This document shows positions 1-14,690 of a stretch of 64,000 nt of DNA, piece by piece. The position numbers and the translations under genes are program-made. This DNA is from Blasia pusilla (lineage: Eukaryota), in contig CM114271.1 of NCBI GenBank assembly GCA_050084515.1, positions 40,486,001 through 40,550,000 on the forward strand. Reading direction: 5' to 3'. The notes under the pieces are model-generated. The model worked only from the letters and a program-made list of their open reading frames with translations. It searched no databases and was not told where the DNA came from. Position 1 is the first letter of the stretch. Each line of letters opens with the position of its first letter.

Positions 1-122
1 TTGGGAAAGTAATCTGGAAAATAAGTCTCTAGGGAAATGTTGTGAACTGTTTTTTTCTTTGTGGATTGCTAATCCCTTGAAGAGAACTTAGTCTGACTGT
101 TTTAAAAAAAAAATTATCACAG

Positions 123-2379
123 AAATCAACTCCAAAGGATTTTATCTGGCACCCCTGGCAGAGTGTGCTTTGAGGGCAGCAAAAGATTGTGACAAGGTGC
201 TGGTTCTGTCTTTCTTATCAGATATTATGATTAGGATAATGCTTCCTTTGAGTCTAAATTATGGGTGTTGGAATGAAGCTGGACATGTAGGGCATGGCAA
301 TGGTTCTCCTTGTCGATGAAGAAAAGTTCTTGATCATCACTGATGCTTAACTAAAAGGTGATGCTCAGTGATGATGCATCTCTGCTAGTTTTGTGTTTCT
401 GGTCAATAAGGCTGCCAAATATCAATGACACTGCAGGTTCGTGCCAATGCTGTAAGGGCTCTTGGAAATCTTGCGAGATTCACAAACTTTAGTGGTCAAA
501 CTGATCTCCAATCAAAGAGTTTTCCAACGGATGTCAGGCAACAGAACTACCAAATTGGATTAGCGGCTGACCCATCATATCAAGGAGCCCTTGAAGCACA
601 TAGATGGCTGGATGTTATGGTGCAAACACTTGTGTCTTGTGTGACAACAGGAAATGTGAAGGTCTTGATTTCTCCCTTAGGCCCTCCCAGCATATTATGA
701 AATGAATTCCAGATTTATAGCCATGACTTACCATGAGTCTTAGAGAACTCACTGGTTTTCTCTTATACTGCAGGTTCAGTGGAATGTCTGTCATGCCCTG
801 GGGAATCTCTTTCTTAACAAAACAATAAGCCTTTCAAGAACAACATGGTAATTCCATAAATGTGTTACGTTTCTGGCTTGCCATTGAAGTAGTTGTGATT
901 ACCAATTTTAAAGAGTCTCTTGTTACAGTTTTTATGTCATCTCATGGTGTCATACTTGATTTCGCGCAGTTTATCTACAACCTTTGTCCAGAGTAATAGT
1001 CTTTGGAGCTGTTTATGAGCTGGTAATACTAAGTTCATGTAGTGTTGGTGAGTACTGCATATTTCTAATTCTATCCAGGAACTTGGAAAGTAGCCTCATT
1101 TGATATCATCTACTTCTGTGCTGAGATTTGTTAGGTGAAGGGACACTTCTCTAACAGAGAGGAAGGGAACTCGATTCTAATTTACAATGTTATGCATGTA
1201 AAGGGTTCCATCAGTTTATAGTATACTGCTACTGCTTTTACGTGACTCGGGAAACTACAAGATTCGGATACATGCTGCATCTGCAATAGCTGTTCCTGCA
1301 GGTCGAGAAGGTAGCAACTGTCCTTGACCACTTGACAGCTGTTATGAAGTTGTGTGTTGCAATCACTTTCTGCCCTGGTCTGGATTTTCTTAATTATGAT
1401 TACTTTATCCTAACTTCATGCACTTGTAGTCTTTTATGCCATGTGATGAAAATTTGTGTGGTGATGGAAGATTACGGCGAGTCTTACACGGATGTGGTGA
1501 AAGCACTTGTTCATGCCCTTGAATGCATGGATCCAGAACACGAATCAGCACCAACAAGCTTCAAATATATCACAGCGTTGACAGAACAGGTATGATGCTT
1601 CTAACTTTCAACAGGATTGTCGTTCTTTTGTGGCGTAACACAAGTATACTGTACTGATTTATTCCTATTGGGCTATTCACAGCTGACTACTACCATTCTT
1701 CATGTGCTTGCCCTAAGCACGCCGGAGGACTTCTTGCACTTGAAGGATCTCCTCTTGAAGGTTTGCCTTCGTTATCTGACTTCCAGTTGTAAATTAGTGG
1801 TGGTTATGAAATGAATTATCCACAAACTTGACTTGTATTTGGAAGGAAGGTGAAGGTTCTGTTATGTGCAGCAAAGTTCTGGAAGAAATTTAAGTCCATG
1901 TATAAGTTGGTACATAAGTAGTGGCTGAAAATATGGGATTTTTCCTCTCATCTAATTGCTGGTAGCATCCATTTTGAACGTGATAATTTTTTTACGAACT
2001 CGGTATTTGGTGAATGCAGAGGACACCATTTTTGCTCGATTTTTGTACATCTTTGTGTAGTTCTGCGGGAAAGATTAAATCTAGGGAGGCTTATTTTGAC
2101 GAGACAGGTGTATTAGAACAGATGGCTGAGATTAGTTTTTCCCTGGTAACTGATAGCAAAGGTGTTGATTATGATGAGAAGCCTTTGCCACCTCCGAAGG
2201 AAAGTAGGCGGTATGGTTTGCAAATGGAGGATTCTGTCTTGTCATCCAGTGGAGGAGAAGCTCAGAAAGTCGAGCAACTTAGACAAGCAATTAGAGCCTT
2301 GGCTGAAATGTACAGGTATGGCGGTGTCACAACTGCTGCTCAAAGGTTGGAAAGTTTGATAGCCCATTACGTTGATTAA
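123..2379 (+). CDS. HEATR6: HEAT repeat-containing protein 6-like, 3' part (5' exons outside window); exons 123-196, 437-661, 774-847, 1204-1310, 1471-1589, 1683-1760, 2020-2379
   Basis: GT-AG introns join in frame: LAECALRAAKDCDK|VRANAVRALGNLARF...LVSCVTTGNVK|VQWNVCHALGNLFLN...W|VPSVYSILLLLLRDSGNYKIRIHAASAIAVP...|DYGESY..., recognisable as the plant HEATR6 C-terminal HEAT repeats; stop TAA 2377-2379. Confidence 0.9.
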
Positions 2380-5300
2380 ATGATTATGTGCCTTCTAAAA
2401 GGCATCTCCCCATTTGCAAGTAGTCCTTGCCTATTCTTCCTACACTGGTAGGCAGAATATGCCTCTAAATTAGCCAGTAGTGCTTTGTCTCTCTAGTCCC
2501 GTGTGTGATTATGAAATCTCTTGTCAGGAAAGAGAGTATCAAGTATTGTTCATCCACCATATTTGTTGTGTCCAACATGGTATAAGTAAACGATACCTCT
2601 TACTAAAGAGACCAGTGTGTACGTCTTGGAAGAATTGGGACTTGGTGATAATCCGGCTATTGCGTATGCACAAGGGACAAGTCACGGGCGTGGGAAGTCA
2701 GCTCCATAGCTCATGAGCCCTGGTCTGTTCAGCAAACAAACGATCGATGGAAAGGACTTTCCACATGGTCCATCAGGTGAGTGCAAAAATACTATCGGAG
2801 GTTCTATCGAGGCCGGTGGTTTGGAAATTAATCAGATTGGTAGACATCCGAATCGCAGTGGAGAACACACCTAGGCAGCCCTTCAGCAAATAGATGTCCT
2901 ATTGCACGTGGTAATCTGTCCGAGAGCATTTGATGTCATCCATGATAGGGCCCATCAGTAAGAAGCCATTTCACTACCGAAAATAGGGTCGATTTGGGAT
3001 TGCCTGCCACCTTAGTGTGTTGGGTTACACGAAAACTAAATTCTCGGGATTGGAATGATGGGTCCGGGGAGTCACAAAAGCACCGTGGAGAGTGGCTCTC
3101 CATCTTGCTTGGGGCCCAGATATTCGACACCCTAAACTTTGTCGCTTACAAAATCTGAAACCGTAGAAAGATGTGGGACTCAAGGCGTCGAAAGATAGGC
3201 GTCAATCCTTGGCAAGAGAAGAGATTCTGGACATCGACAACATGCCCCTGCCGACACAATCTCAAACTTCTTGATTGAAAGATGGCCGGGACTATCGAGC
3301 ACGGACATCCCTGGGCTTGTTGCGATGGATGTGTTCACAACCTCGATAGAACGTTGTTCCCCATTCTTCCAACTGACAGGATCCCAAACCCTAGAAGCAC
3401 AATCACATGGCCCAGGATGTGAAAGAGTCCTCCATGGCAATTCGGTCGTGTTGGCACGGAACTACTTTTGAACTCACCGCATTCTCTGCATCAATCTGTA
3501 AGAGACTTTGAAAGAAAAAAAAAAAAGGAAGTTTCATGAGGGGACTTTCTGCTTTGAATGGAAACTTATCGAACATCGAGATCTATCTCATCAATTCCAA
3601 TGGACGGGTCTCCAATAGCTGTAGTTTCGAAAGATTCGCCATTGGCATTATCTGCAGAGGTAACAAATTCTCACAGGAGAGGTATCTGTGACCCCACGGT
3701 TTCATCGCACTTCCCAACGTAGACTTGGAGGTCTCAAGTAGTGGTTCTCTTACTGATTTTATGAAGTCCTCTTGTAGGACTTGCTTGTATTTCCTAGATT
3801 TAAGAAAACTAGAGCTCGTGCCACAAGTGAAAGAGAACCTAAGGAGACAAAGTTGGTTTTAGAGGAGCTTACATGGTTTGATTCATAAGGAACTAGTAAG
3901 GAGCCCGTGCAATGCACGAAAATAAAAAAATTGTTTGGAGAATAATTTGCTAGTGAAAAGAAGGGACTAATGATGTTGCACAAAAATTCAAATTTTTTTT
4001 TCTTGATGCCTGTAGCATGTGAAATATTTTTTTATCGCCCAGTTACCACATGTCAAACCGAGAGGTGTTTCCAAATCAAAAAGGCACTCTCTCATAATAA
4101 TAATAATATAGATGACACATATCAATTATCTATGGTCAAAAAAGGGTAGATGCCCTCGGGAGAGATGGCACCCTTATAAGGGCACTCTCCCATAATAATA
4201 TATATTGAGGCATTTCTTATTCACAATTAGATTCGCGTTTCGGCTTTTGTTTGCTCTCACGATAAAATTTTGTTTATCAAGTATAGTATATTAGTATATA
4301 TCCCAACAATGTTGAAATAGGGGAACTTTCCAATCTTACATTTAGCCTAAAGGCTAATTATTAGCGTGATGTAAAAATTACCTGATGAGGAGATATAGAC
4401 ACATATATAAGATACAAGAGAATTACTTGCAAAGGCCCTTGAGAAAATTCATTCGTTGATCAAATATTTTAGTGATCTTCCAAGCCATTTTGAATGACCA
4501 TAAATGTCGGATCATTATCCTTTTTTCACTAGCCTTAAATCTCAGTAATATTCATAACGTCCCCATTCCTAGAATTTGTGAAAAAAAACTCAACCTTTAT
4601 TTAAAATCCATTTTTTAGAGGTTTCTCTGTTCATCACTTACGAGTAAGAATGAATGAATGGAGGACAAGATAAAGTTCGGTCCACTTTCACAGTCATCAT
4701 TGGGGACCATGGTGTGAGGCAAGTCTAATTTCAGCCATGAGAATGTAGTGGGACCTTAGAGACGTTATGCACGCCCCTTGAACACCGACGAGGAAGCAAT
4801 ACCATCATGTAGTATTGTGATTGAAGCTCAGAGAATTTTTTCACTTCAATTTTGTAGTACTATCATTTCTATTCCAACATATCGATCTACATGTCTACAT
4901 ATTTCGCAATAGTGATTAAGTTTTTTTCCTCCTATATCAAAATTTAAATTTTCCGCATCATGTAATTAATATTTTCTTCATATCTACAACCCAGTGTTAG
5001 CTATGTCGCAAGTGATTTCATATTAAAGGAGTAATTAGATGGATGCGTCAATAGAGTTTTAAATCCAATCCATGTGATTAATGAATTGCCATCTATCATG
5101 CCGGAAAGGAAGGAGGGAAAGTAAAAAGGTGGCCTAAACCTTCATGAAGAGGAGACGAGAGACTTTGGGCCCATAGAATAAAGTTCATGTTATAATGACG
5201 GTAAATGCAACAAGTATAAGTACAATATGTACAAATGATAGTGGGTTGATGGAATAATTTTCAAGGTAGAATGATGCTGCACGAAACAAGTTTAAGTATG

Positions 5301-5446
5301 ACACACATGAATAATAGTGGGCTAAGACGATGTTGAGCCAATATATTATTAATTGGTCCCCATGCTCCAATTCCAACTTCACTCGACCCGCATACACCAA
5401 CATTCTTAACTAAGCAAAAACTCATATTTCCATGGATCAATTCATT

Positions 5447-5684
<238 letters not shown>

Positions 5685-5688
5685 ATTC

Positions 5689-8600
5689 CTGGTTGGGTTT
5701 AAATCCCAAAACTACAAGTCCCGACAGGCCTGGTATGTTGGGACGACATGTTCTAAAGCACTGCTCCTGGGTAGCTTATAATGAGTGAACCGAGTGCAAG
5801 CAATATAGCAATACTCTCTATCGAGTTGCCCATTGCTGTAGTTGGAACCTGTAGTGAGCTTGCGATGTCGTTCCCCTGGTTGGTAGGTGTGGATTAGTGT
5901 GTCTTGTAATCCATGTGACTTGTGGCAGTTGTGCAACAAGTAAGGTGTCCAGTGGACTTAGTTGGAGAAATGGAGACCTCTCCTTCTTTTGAAGTTGGAT
6001 TCACGGGCCCTCCTCTGCAGCTTAATGCCAGGACTGTTCACCTTGGCAGGTGGTGATGATCTGTGGGGGTAACAAGCGGGCTCTCTTTGGGCACCTCGCC
6101 GCTTGAGGCAGCCCCTCCGCACAAATAGGACAGCGAGTCCCTGTCTGGACTCTCGGGCTGGGAGCTTAAACATTCTCCCCAGGTCCTAAATCAGTTGTTT
6201 GCCAAACCTCTACATATAATCAGCGGCCTTGAGCCCAATATATCTCCGTCCTCCCAAGCTTGTGAGGAGTATCAGTTCACCTATCAAAGGCGCATACCAA
6301 AGCTCAGCATCCCCAAGCTGGGCGAGGAATACCGGCATGTTTATGTGAGACGATCAAAGGCTCCCTGTAGTTCAGATGTGGGCAGAGAGTTCAATCTGGT
6401 CTATAGGAGGAGACCACGGTTCCACATGATCATTTTCGGTGTATGTCCCACAATAGACTTCGTCTCATTTAAGATTATGTGCGCAACTTTGGGCTTTGAA
6501 TTCCTGGCTACTGCTGGAGTTACTCGGATGATGAATGGCCGTCAATGTATCTTCAAGGCGTCCATCAAGGGCAGAGGAGACCAATACTTGGCCTGCCACA
6601 AAAACCAGGAACTGAGACGTGCCTACAACTGGAGGGCTATGGTAGTCGAGGGTGGTTCCAGCTTGAAGGAAAGGCACATCTCCACAAAACCATTGGTGAT
6701 CTACACACCTAATATCTTTAGTGCTCTCCAAGGAACCAGCGATGAAGAGCCTGCACATGAAGAGGTTCCATGTTGCAAGCAGCCACACCAATGCCAAAAG
6801 CGTGCCTGCCGACCCCCAACCCACTTACTGACTTGTCTCCGTTTGGGTACCTGGAACTTTTGTGGACTGACCCATGCAATGAAGCAGCTGGGGGTTGCTG
6901 AAGTTTTGCTGAAAAATCAAATACAAATATGTGGTGGTCAGGAAAACTTGGGAAACCACGTTAATGGAAATACCCCATGTACCACACAATGCATGGTTTG
7001 GAAAGATGTGCAGCACCCAGGCAGACAACAACAGAGGTATGAAGGGTGTCGGGTTCTTCATCAGAGACTTCATGGTGGACAGGTGTGAGATCATCAGCAC
7101 AGGGCTCGAGTATGAACACAGCATATGGGTCAAATTCTTAGCAGAGTGCAACTTGTGGGATATGTATATTGGGTGTATTTACATGCCTACAAATAGTGAA
7201 TCTATTGCTATAAGAGAGGCAGCTTTTGATAGTGTGAAAACTGATTGCCTTGGGTTTTAGACAAAGGGGAACATAGTCTTTCTGGGAGACTTCAATAGTT
7301 GGGTGGGGCAAGACACCGATTCCCAAGCGGAGATCAGGATGTTTGGAGATGTGAAAGTGAATGGCAATGGCACACGGCTGATCACAATGTTGAGGGAACT
7401 TCAACTGATGGCATTGAATGATAGGCATAAGGTGGGTTCCCCGGCTTGGACTAGGGTCAACTTCAAGGAGAATGAAAGCTCCATTGTGGACTACATAGTT
7501 GTGGATGAGGAACTATACACGCGTAGTGGGAAGATCACAATGGATGCGACAAACATTGGAAGATCAGATCATTCATTGGTTTGGACAAAGTTGCAGCAAA
7601 GGCTAAAATGCTCGACCAAACCAGTGAAGAGAGTGATCAAGAAATGGAGGATAGAGGACTTCCAAGATGAGGGCAACAAGAAGGTGTACATTGGCAAGCT
7701 AGAAGAAAATCTCTTGGCATTTGACATTTTCATTGCATCTATCGTGAAGACCTTTGGGTTCACAAGAACAACTGTGGACATGGTGTTGGCATGGTGGGAG
7801 TGTGGCGTGACAGATGCCGCCGAGTTTGCTGTTGGCAGGAAATTGATAATATGCGGCAGAGCCGTAAAATGGTGGTCCTTGGAACTCAAGGCAACCATTG
7901 CCAAACGAAGGGAAGTGTATGTAACAAGTGCCAAAGCTAGGGACGATGCATCCTTGTGGGCAGAGTATGTGGCCTAACGCAAGGAAACCCGTCTTCTTGT
8001 GCGCATGCACAAGAAGAAATTGAACCAAGTGACATACTCATCCATCAATGAGAATTTCATAGAGAATCAGAAAAAATTCTGGATGGAAGTGCAGAAATTG
8101 AGCAAGGCCATGGACAAAAACGACGTAAAGGCCTTGAAGAGAAAAGGCGGTGGAATGGTGACCACGGGTAAATAGATCCGACATGTGTTGGAAGACCATT
8201 ACAAGGAATTAGGCAGGAAGCCCGCTTGGACATCCCTTGAAGAGCAGAATTTCGAGAGGGTGGTGGAGGATTTTGTTAAGATACAACGAGAGAAAGTAGA
8301 TGATGAGGTTGAGCTGGGCAACCCATATAACAATTGGTTCTCCCTGGCTGAGGTGGGAGCAGCGATCAAAGAACTTGTGAACCACAAAGCAGGCGGTGGT
8401 GATGAGCTTGTGAATGAGCTGTTGAAGTATGGAGATGCTGCTATGGCTCGTTCTCTAGTGAGTCTCTTCAACCTGGTCAGGCGGGCAGAAGTCATCCCTT
8501 AAAGATGGCGGGTGGGAGTCATCATGAACCTCTTCAAGAAGGGTGAGCAAGAAGACCTTGGAAACTACAAGGGTATTACATTGTTGAGTGTAGTTGGGAA

Positions 8601-10451
8601 GCTCCTTTGCCGTAAACTCAACAATAGGATTTCTGTGTACCTGGAGGAGAATTCTGTCATCAAGGAAGGTCAGGCTGGCTTTCGACAAGCCCAAGGATGC
8701 GTGGATCACATCTTCACCTTCAGTCAGATTATCCAGGGTAGGAAAAAAGAGGGGAAACCTACCTATTGCTTCTTCTTGGACCTCAAGAAGGCATATGACA
8801 CTGTATGGCGTGACGGGCTATCTTATAGCTTGTGGAAGGCGGGGCTGAGAGGGAAAATGTGGAGGGTGGTGGAGAAGATGTACCAGAGCACAAGGAGTAG
8901 AGTTCTGGTGAATGGCCAAAAGAGTGGGACATTCGACATCAAGCAAGGAGTGGCTCAAGGATGCCCGCTCTCCCCCACTCTCTTCAACATTTTTTTGAAT
9001 TCCCTATTGGAAGAAATGGAGGATAGTGGACTAGGCATACGGGTGGGCAACAGCTCTGTTGTTGCCCTCATATTTGCTGATGACTTTGGTGGCCTCGAGG
9101 AAACAGGAGAGAAACTCCAAGAGATGATCTCCCTGATCAAAATCTGGTGTGACATGTGGGGCATGGAGGCAAATGTACTGAAAAGCGGTGTGATGATTTT
9201 CAAAGGCAAGGAGGAGGACCAAGACCAACAGTGGTACTGGGGCGAACAAGAGATCCCCCGCGTGGTTACATACACCTATGTGGGCATAGAATTCTCAGAA
9301 GATTGCATATGGGATGCACACATTAAGAAGACTACTGAGAAAGGCCACAAGAAGGTGAACGGTCTGTCCAGATTCCTACACTGCGGGAAATCACATCAGA
9401 AGTAAAGCGCTCTGTCATTTTGCATACCATTTTTTCCCTTGCTGAAATATGGGGCAGCAATGTGGGATGCCAACACCAGAAAAAGGGATATGCTTGAAGT
9501 TGTGCAGTTGAAGGCGTTCGGGATATGATGTCAACCTCATCACGAATAGCCTGAGTGGGCGTGAGATCAGAACTAGGTGTGGAACCCTTGGAGGATATAC
9601 GTGACATTGCCAAGTTGAAATGGCAGAGGCAGATGGAGACAATGGACTCCCATCGCTATCCTAAAGAGGTGATGGGGAAAACTTGGACCCAAAGAAGACC
9701 CATAAAGCAGGCCAAATCTTGGACGAAAAAGATTGTGCAAGCTTCCAAGCTCCCAGCAGGGCCTGAACTGTGGGAGCAAGATGAGAAAGCATTCGTTGAT
9801 ACCATAACCAAAGCAGTGGGCAAACGCTCACAGGAGAATAGCATGGAGGAAGCCATGAAAATGTCTAACCTCTCTCTCTTGACGGTATATCTCGAGAAGG
9901 CAGAATTGAAGAACTATTTGCGGGGAACCCCTTGCTTGGGAACCCAGCTCAAGTTCAAGTTCAGAATGGGAGCAATCCCCTTGAACCATAAGAAAAGCAG
10001 GATGGGAACACAACTAAACTCTTGTACCTTGTGTGATGATGGGGATGAAACCTCTAGTCATTACTTGGTCTCGTGCGCAAAATTCACAACTCACAGAGCA
10101 AGAGCATATGCTGATATTGCTAAGCTGGTAGCAGCAAAATTGTTCAACACATTCAGTAGCCTTGATTCATTGCCCAAAGTTGCTGTACTGGTAAGTAATG
10201 TCTATTGGGGATCCCAATCAGGTAAAGTAGATGGTGTGGTGAAGAGTTTCTTGGTTGACACTTGGAAGCTCCGCACAAACATGTTGTTTGGTCAGCACTC
10301 ACACTATATGAGAGTGTCTCCCTCCTCTCATATGGTACCTTCTTCACTTGTTTCTCTCTCTACACCCATCCCAGTCTCAAGCACCATCCAACTAGCGTGC
10401 GGGGTCTATGGTCGCAAGGCTAAGACACGCACTACTTAATGAGTACAGTCT
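5689..10451 (+). mobile_element. Non-LTR retrotransposon (LINE; APE endonuclease + RT + CCHC), near full length, decayed; possibly RTE-X-like, clade uncertain
   Basis: APE motifs GTWNFCGL, QETW, GVGF, IYMPT, LGDFN, IVDY, SDH; RT motifs KAGGGDEL, NYKGITLL, QAGFR, FLDLKKAYD, GVAQGCPLSPTLF, FADD, YVGIEF; C-terminal CTLC...HYLVSC; candidate TSD ctctc(c/t)ctattc at 5677-5688 and 10452-10463. Confidence 0.92.
6195..10439 (+). pseudogene. LINE polyprotein (N-terminal extension-endonuclease-RT-zinc finger), disrupted
   Basis: Frameshift near 6943 (GGQE/TW) and near 9390; in-frame stops at 7258, 7975, 8173, 8500, 9552; true start codon uncertain. Confidence 0.88.
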
Positions 10452-13400
10452 CTCTCTCTATTCGACTATAAATCTATTGGGACATACATTGTATGAAGGC
10501 ATAATTGATTTATTATATAAACCAAGGCTATTGTGAGAAATCAAAATATACAAATGAATGGCTTCAACTATTCCTTGATAGTTGACAATTCTTCGAATTC
10601 TAACACTAGCTCCACCACTTGATCCATAAGTATTTTGAAAGCATCTGCACTACATCTTCTAGACACTCCGACATTTCTAAAGTGTGTCTCCTCTACTTCC
10701 AATCCTCAATTTGATGAGAGAGCAGTCGATTGTGTTTCATTAGGAAAACTCCAATGTTAGCATATATGCGTGTGGATGGTATTTTGCGCAAACAAACATC
10801 CACACACATATTCACTCAATTCCAATTCTAATGTTAATAATTGTTCGCTAAAAAAGAGCTCCTATTTTCAAGAGGGCCGTCCTTAGAAGGACTTTACTTC
10901 TTAGGGGAGAAGAACAACCAGCAAGAAAAAACCAAAAAAAACCTCCTATCGTAAAATATACGCATGGACCAATCCATTCTTTCACCTCAAATATTATTGT
11001 AGTTCACAACTTTTTTCTTTTCTTTCTTTGAAGAAGAAAAGAATGTAAATGGGGCCATGTCTCCATTCGGACGTTGTATTACCCAATTGGATTAAAAAAT
11101 AGAATATTAAAATCTCCACCACCTCCAAAACCCAAAGATCGACGATAATAACTAATTAAAGCGGACGTCTAATCGGCTTCTGTGCTCGTAGCAATGCAGT
11201 TTTTGAGGAAGCGCCGAGACCACCAGCCCCATTACCCACACCCAATGTCTTTTCCGACTTTTGGGATCTGCCATCATAATCTTTTGGATTCTAGTTCTTC
11301 AAGGACATATGAAAGCGTATGATCCAAAGCTTCAATATTCCAAACCAAATCATGAATGTCCCTCATTAGTCGTCTCCCCATAAATCGAAAGTGAGACCCA
11401 AAGTTTCCAAATCGATCTCGAGGTTCTTTTGTTCGTGTGTGGGGGGAACCTTCTCACCTACGACGTTCTATAATTAATTCGTTTTAGTAACGGGAGACCC
11501 AAACTTGGGCATCCTTTGACCGTCCCCATAGAATATTCGTTTCGTAGTGTTGACCCTAACTAGAGAGCATGACTTGTGTGCGGTAGTTATCATTTGCTTT
11601 AGGGAAGGGTATGTCACATTGAGAAAGGAGATGGAAGAATCAATCAAATTTACCTTAAGAAAATCCTTAATTATAGATGAGAAAAAACAATGCATTGAGA
11701 AAAACGAGAGGATACGATAACCTACAAATCCAAGGTCACGACGGATTAGGAGAGAGAGAGAACACTTCTTCTAAAGTCATATGTGAGAAAATATGTAGCA
11801 AATAATGCTATCCAATTTATGGAGAAGCAAACATGAAAAAAAAATGGCGACCGAAAAAATCAGAAGGGAAAAGAAACAAAAGAAAATCAAAGAGTCGAGC
11901 ACATTATACGATTACTTCACTTTGTGCCAAAATAGGTAGGACTCCCATAGGAAGTGGAACACATCCAAGAGCGAACATGAAGCCATGAAAATTTTAATTG
12001 GAGGGTGATATTTTCTACCTAATAAGCTTGATGTTGCCCAAGAATCCCTATCGAACACAATTCTCCATAGCTTAAGAGGAGTTGAAATTATTTCACCATC
12101 CACACTAGTCTAGTGTATCCATGGATATCAACATTCCAAAATGGACATCTGAATTGTACCAAGTCGACACAAGATGAGTATGGATTAAAGCATAATGGAG
12201 ATGGCATGGTTTGCATGAATATATGACTTAATATTGACATTATAAGCATCATAATGCTTTTATTTATATTTTTTCCCTTTAATGGTAAGGATGAGAAGAA
12301 TATTTTATGGTTAAGACTTCAATTTTGACTCAAACCCAAACCATACCTCTTGGTGCGGAAGCCTTTGAAAAGCAACCCAAAGATGCATGTTGGGGAGTGT
12401 TATCATATTTGGTCCAAACACAAACCCTTTACTCTCCATGTGGGTGCATTCAAAGTCAATGGGATGAGATACACAACTTGTCTCTTACTTCATGTGGAAT
12501 TAACACCATCCATTTTAAGAATTTGTGATTATGACCTTTTGTATGCCTCTCGTCTCTTTCCATCTTGTGAGTGCTTTATAGTAATGAAGATTTCTATTGG
12601 GAAACGATGATAAAGAATCAATTACATGAGTGATTAACATGAGCATAAAAGGCCTTAACATTATGTTACCTTTTTCACATTGTCAAATGTTCTTCATAAC
12701 ATGTTGTATACTAATGGAACACTCCAAGAGTTGATATGGGAAACGAAAAACTATTAGAAAAGAAATTTGCTATTACTTTGTGAAAGTCCACCCATTGGTG
12801 CCCTTGGGTTGGAAAATCCCAAGACTGGAAGACTATGTTATCCTAATTGCATGCATTAGATGTCTTTTCCCAATCTTTTTGCCAAAAAGTGTAGGATGGG
12901 AAGTAGATCATGGCTTCCTTCCTAAAGTTAGAAATTTGGACACTGAGGGCTAATTGGGAAGAAGTTGAAAGGATACAAGTTGCACATGAAAAGAAGCTTG
13001 CTTATGAATTTGGTTTTGGTTTCTTTTTTGGGATCTCAAGTTTTTTTTTCTTTTCCAAAGATTTTTTCCATCTTTTCTAATTTATGACTATTTTTTTGTA
13101 AAAAGTTGCAAGAGATCTAAAAGTTAGTGTATTGGAAAATATTAATACTCAATCACTTTGGAGTTCTTAAAGTGACATATGAAATGAATCATTTCTTCCT
13201 CCAATGAATCAAAGATTGAAAATTATGCATATCATTGAGGATCATATGATCCTATCATATTCCGAAAACCCATAATCAAACATTGAAATCATACTCCAAA
13301 AACCCATCAAGGAGCAAGTTAAACTTATGTTTACTTACCATGTTTGTATAAAATGTAGATACGAAAGATATGAATGTCATTATTTTTTTTTTCTCTTTTC

Positions 13401-14349
13401 TTTTTGCAAGATTTATTGTTTCAATGGATCTTTGAAACAAAGGGTGGGAAACCTACTTTCCCAACTAAGGTAGACTTGCATTCACCTCATCCTTCAAGGA
13501 ATATCTAATACTCCTTAATACTAAGATATATATATATTCATGACATGGTAAAAGGAAAAGCAAGTCATACTACTATCCCACATAAAACAAACTTCTTCTT
13601 ACCTCGAACTAGGAAGATGACCTCCATCTATGTTGTTGAGGACATACGAAACTCTATGCAAGAGGAAATGTTTTTCTTACCTCTTGGGTTCAAGTCTTTG
13701 ACAATCAGGTAGGACTTACATGTCTTCTTTCGTTTTTGGACACTTTTAAATTTTTTGAAAAATTCTATATAAAATCTAAAAGTATTGGAGGGCATGTTTA
13801 CATGTGCATGGTATGGATATGCATGTACTAGTGATTGAATATCTGGACTCTAAATTTGAACATACTAAAACCTTCATCTACACATGAAACTCCCCAAGCA
13901 CCTAAGGACTATAATTTTAGAAAAAGTGGATTATGATGACTATGAAAAGAATGATGTGTGGACTCTCCCCAAGGATAAAACTCATACATCCTTTTTTGTT
14001 CATTCTGTTAAAGTTTTGTATTTTATTCTAGTTTTAATACCCTATCTTTATGACAAAATAGGAATTTGTAAAGTAGTGCCGGTACGAGTAGGCCGGGAAA
14101 GACACACGAATGTTGCTGACCGGGTGGAAACGGATAAGATATCCGGGCAGCGTGAAGGGCGGTGTCGAATGTTTCTTTTTCTTCCCGATCCGGAAAGAAA
14201 GACTGTGGCTTTCCGGCTTCATGGCTCACGCCAAGGCCTTCCTCCACCGCATGGTGACGTGGCGAAAAGCGGCGGTTCACTCCTCTGTCAATCCATTTGG
14301 CATCTGTGAGGCGACCTAGAGTCGGAGATAAGCATTCCACGGTGGATAG

Positions 14350-14690
14350 ACGGATGGATGGACGGATATTTCTTGCCTCCACGTAGAGGCGACGGCAGCA
14401 CTTCGGTGGCCATTCACAAGTTCCCTTCCCGACGGCGAGCGCATTCGGCGGATGGATGAAGGAATGTTGTGCCCACGTAGACGGCACTTTTGCGGTCATT
14501 CACATGCGCCCGGTCCTTTCCGAGGGTTTAGAAATTTAGGGTGGATGCGGAGGATGGATGAATGTTGTCTCTACGTAGACGGCACTTTTGTGCTCACGTT
14601 CACTTTCCTATGCGAGGGCCGACGACTTCGTCGGGGGAGATGGATGTTGTCTCCACTTACAAGACGGGAAGAATGGATGGATCTGGTGGG
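14350..14690. repeat. Degenerate ~100-bp-period array (3-4 units) with conserved head GGATGGATG..TGTTG..ACGTAGACGGCACTTT and variable tail
   Basis: Units start ~14352, 14450, 14552, 14637; ACGTAGACGGCACTTTT identical in units 2 and 3. Confidence 0.75.

Noticed and set aside
332-376. Intronic stem tcatcactga...tcagtgatga resembling a C/D snoRNA
   Set aside because: The box-like motifs are in the wrong order, with no D box downstream of the C-like box inside the intron
5708-5725. AACTACAAGTCCC resembling the vertebrate ZNF143/THAP11 promoter motif at the LINE 5' end
   Set aside because: Single short match; those factors are not known from plants
14350-14690. CRISPR-like repeat/spacer appearance
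   Set aside because: Repeats are long, degenerate and few; eukaryotic context; no cas genes
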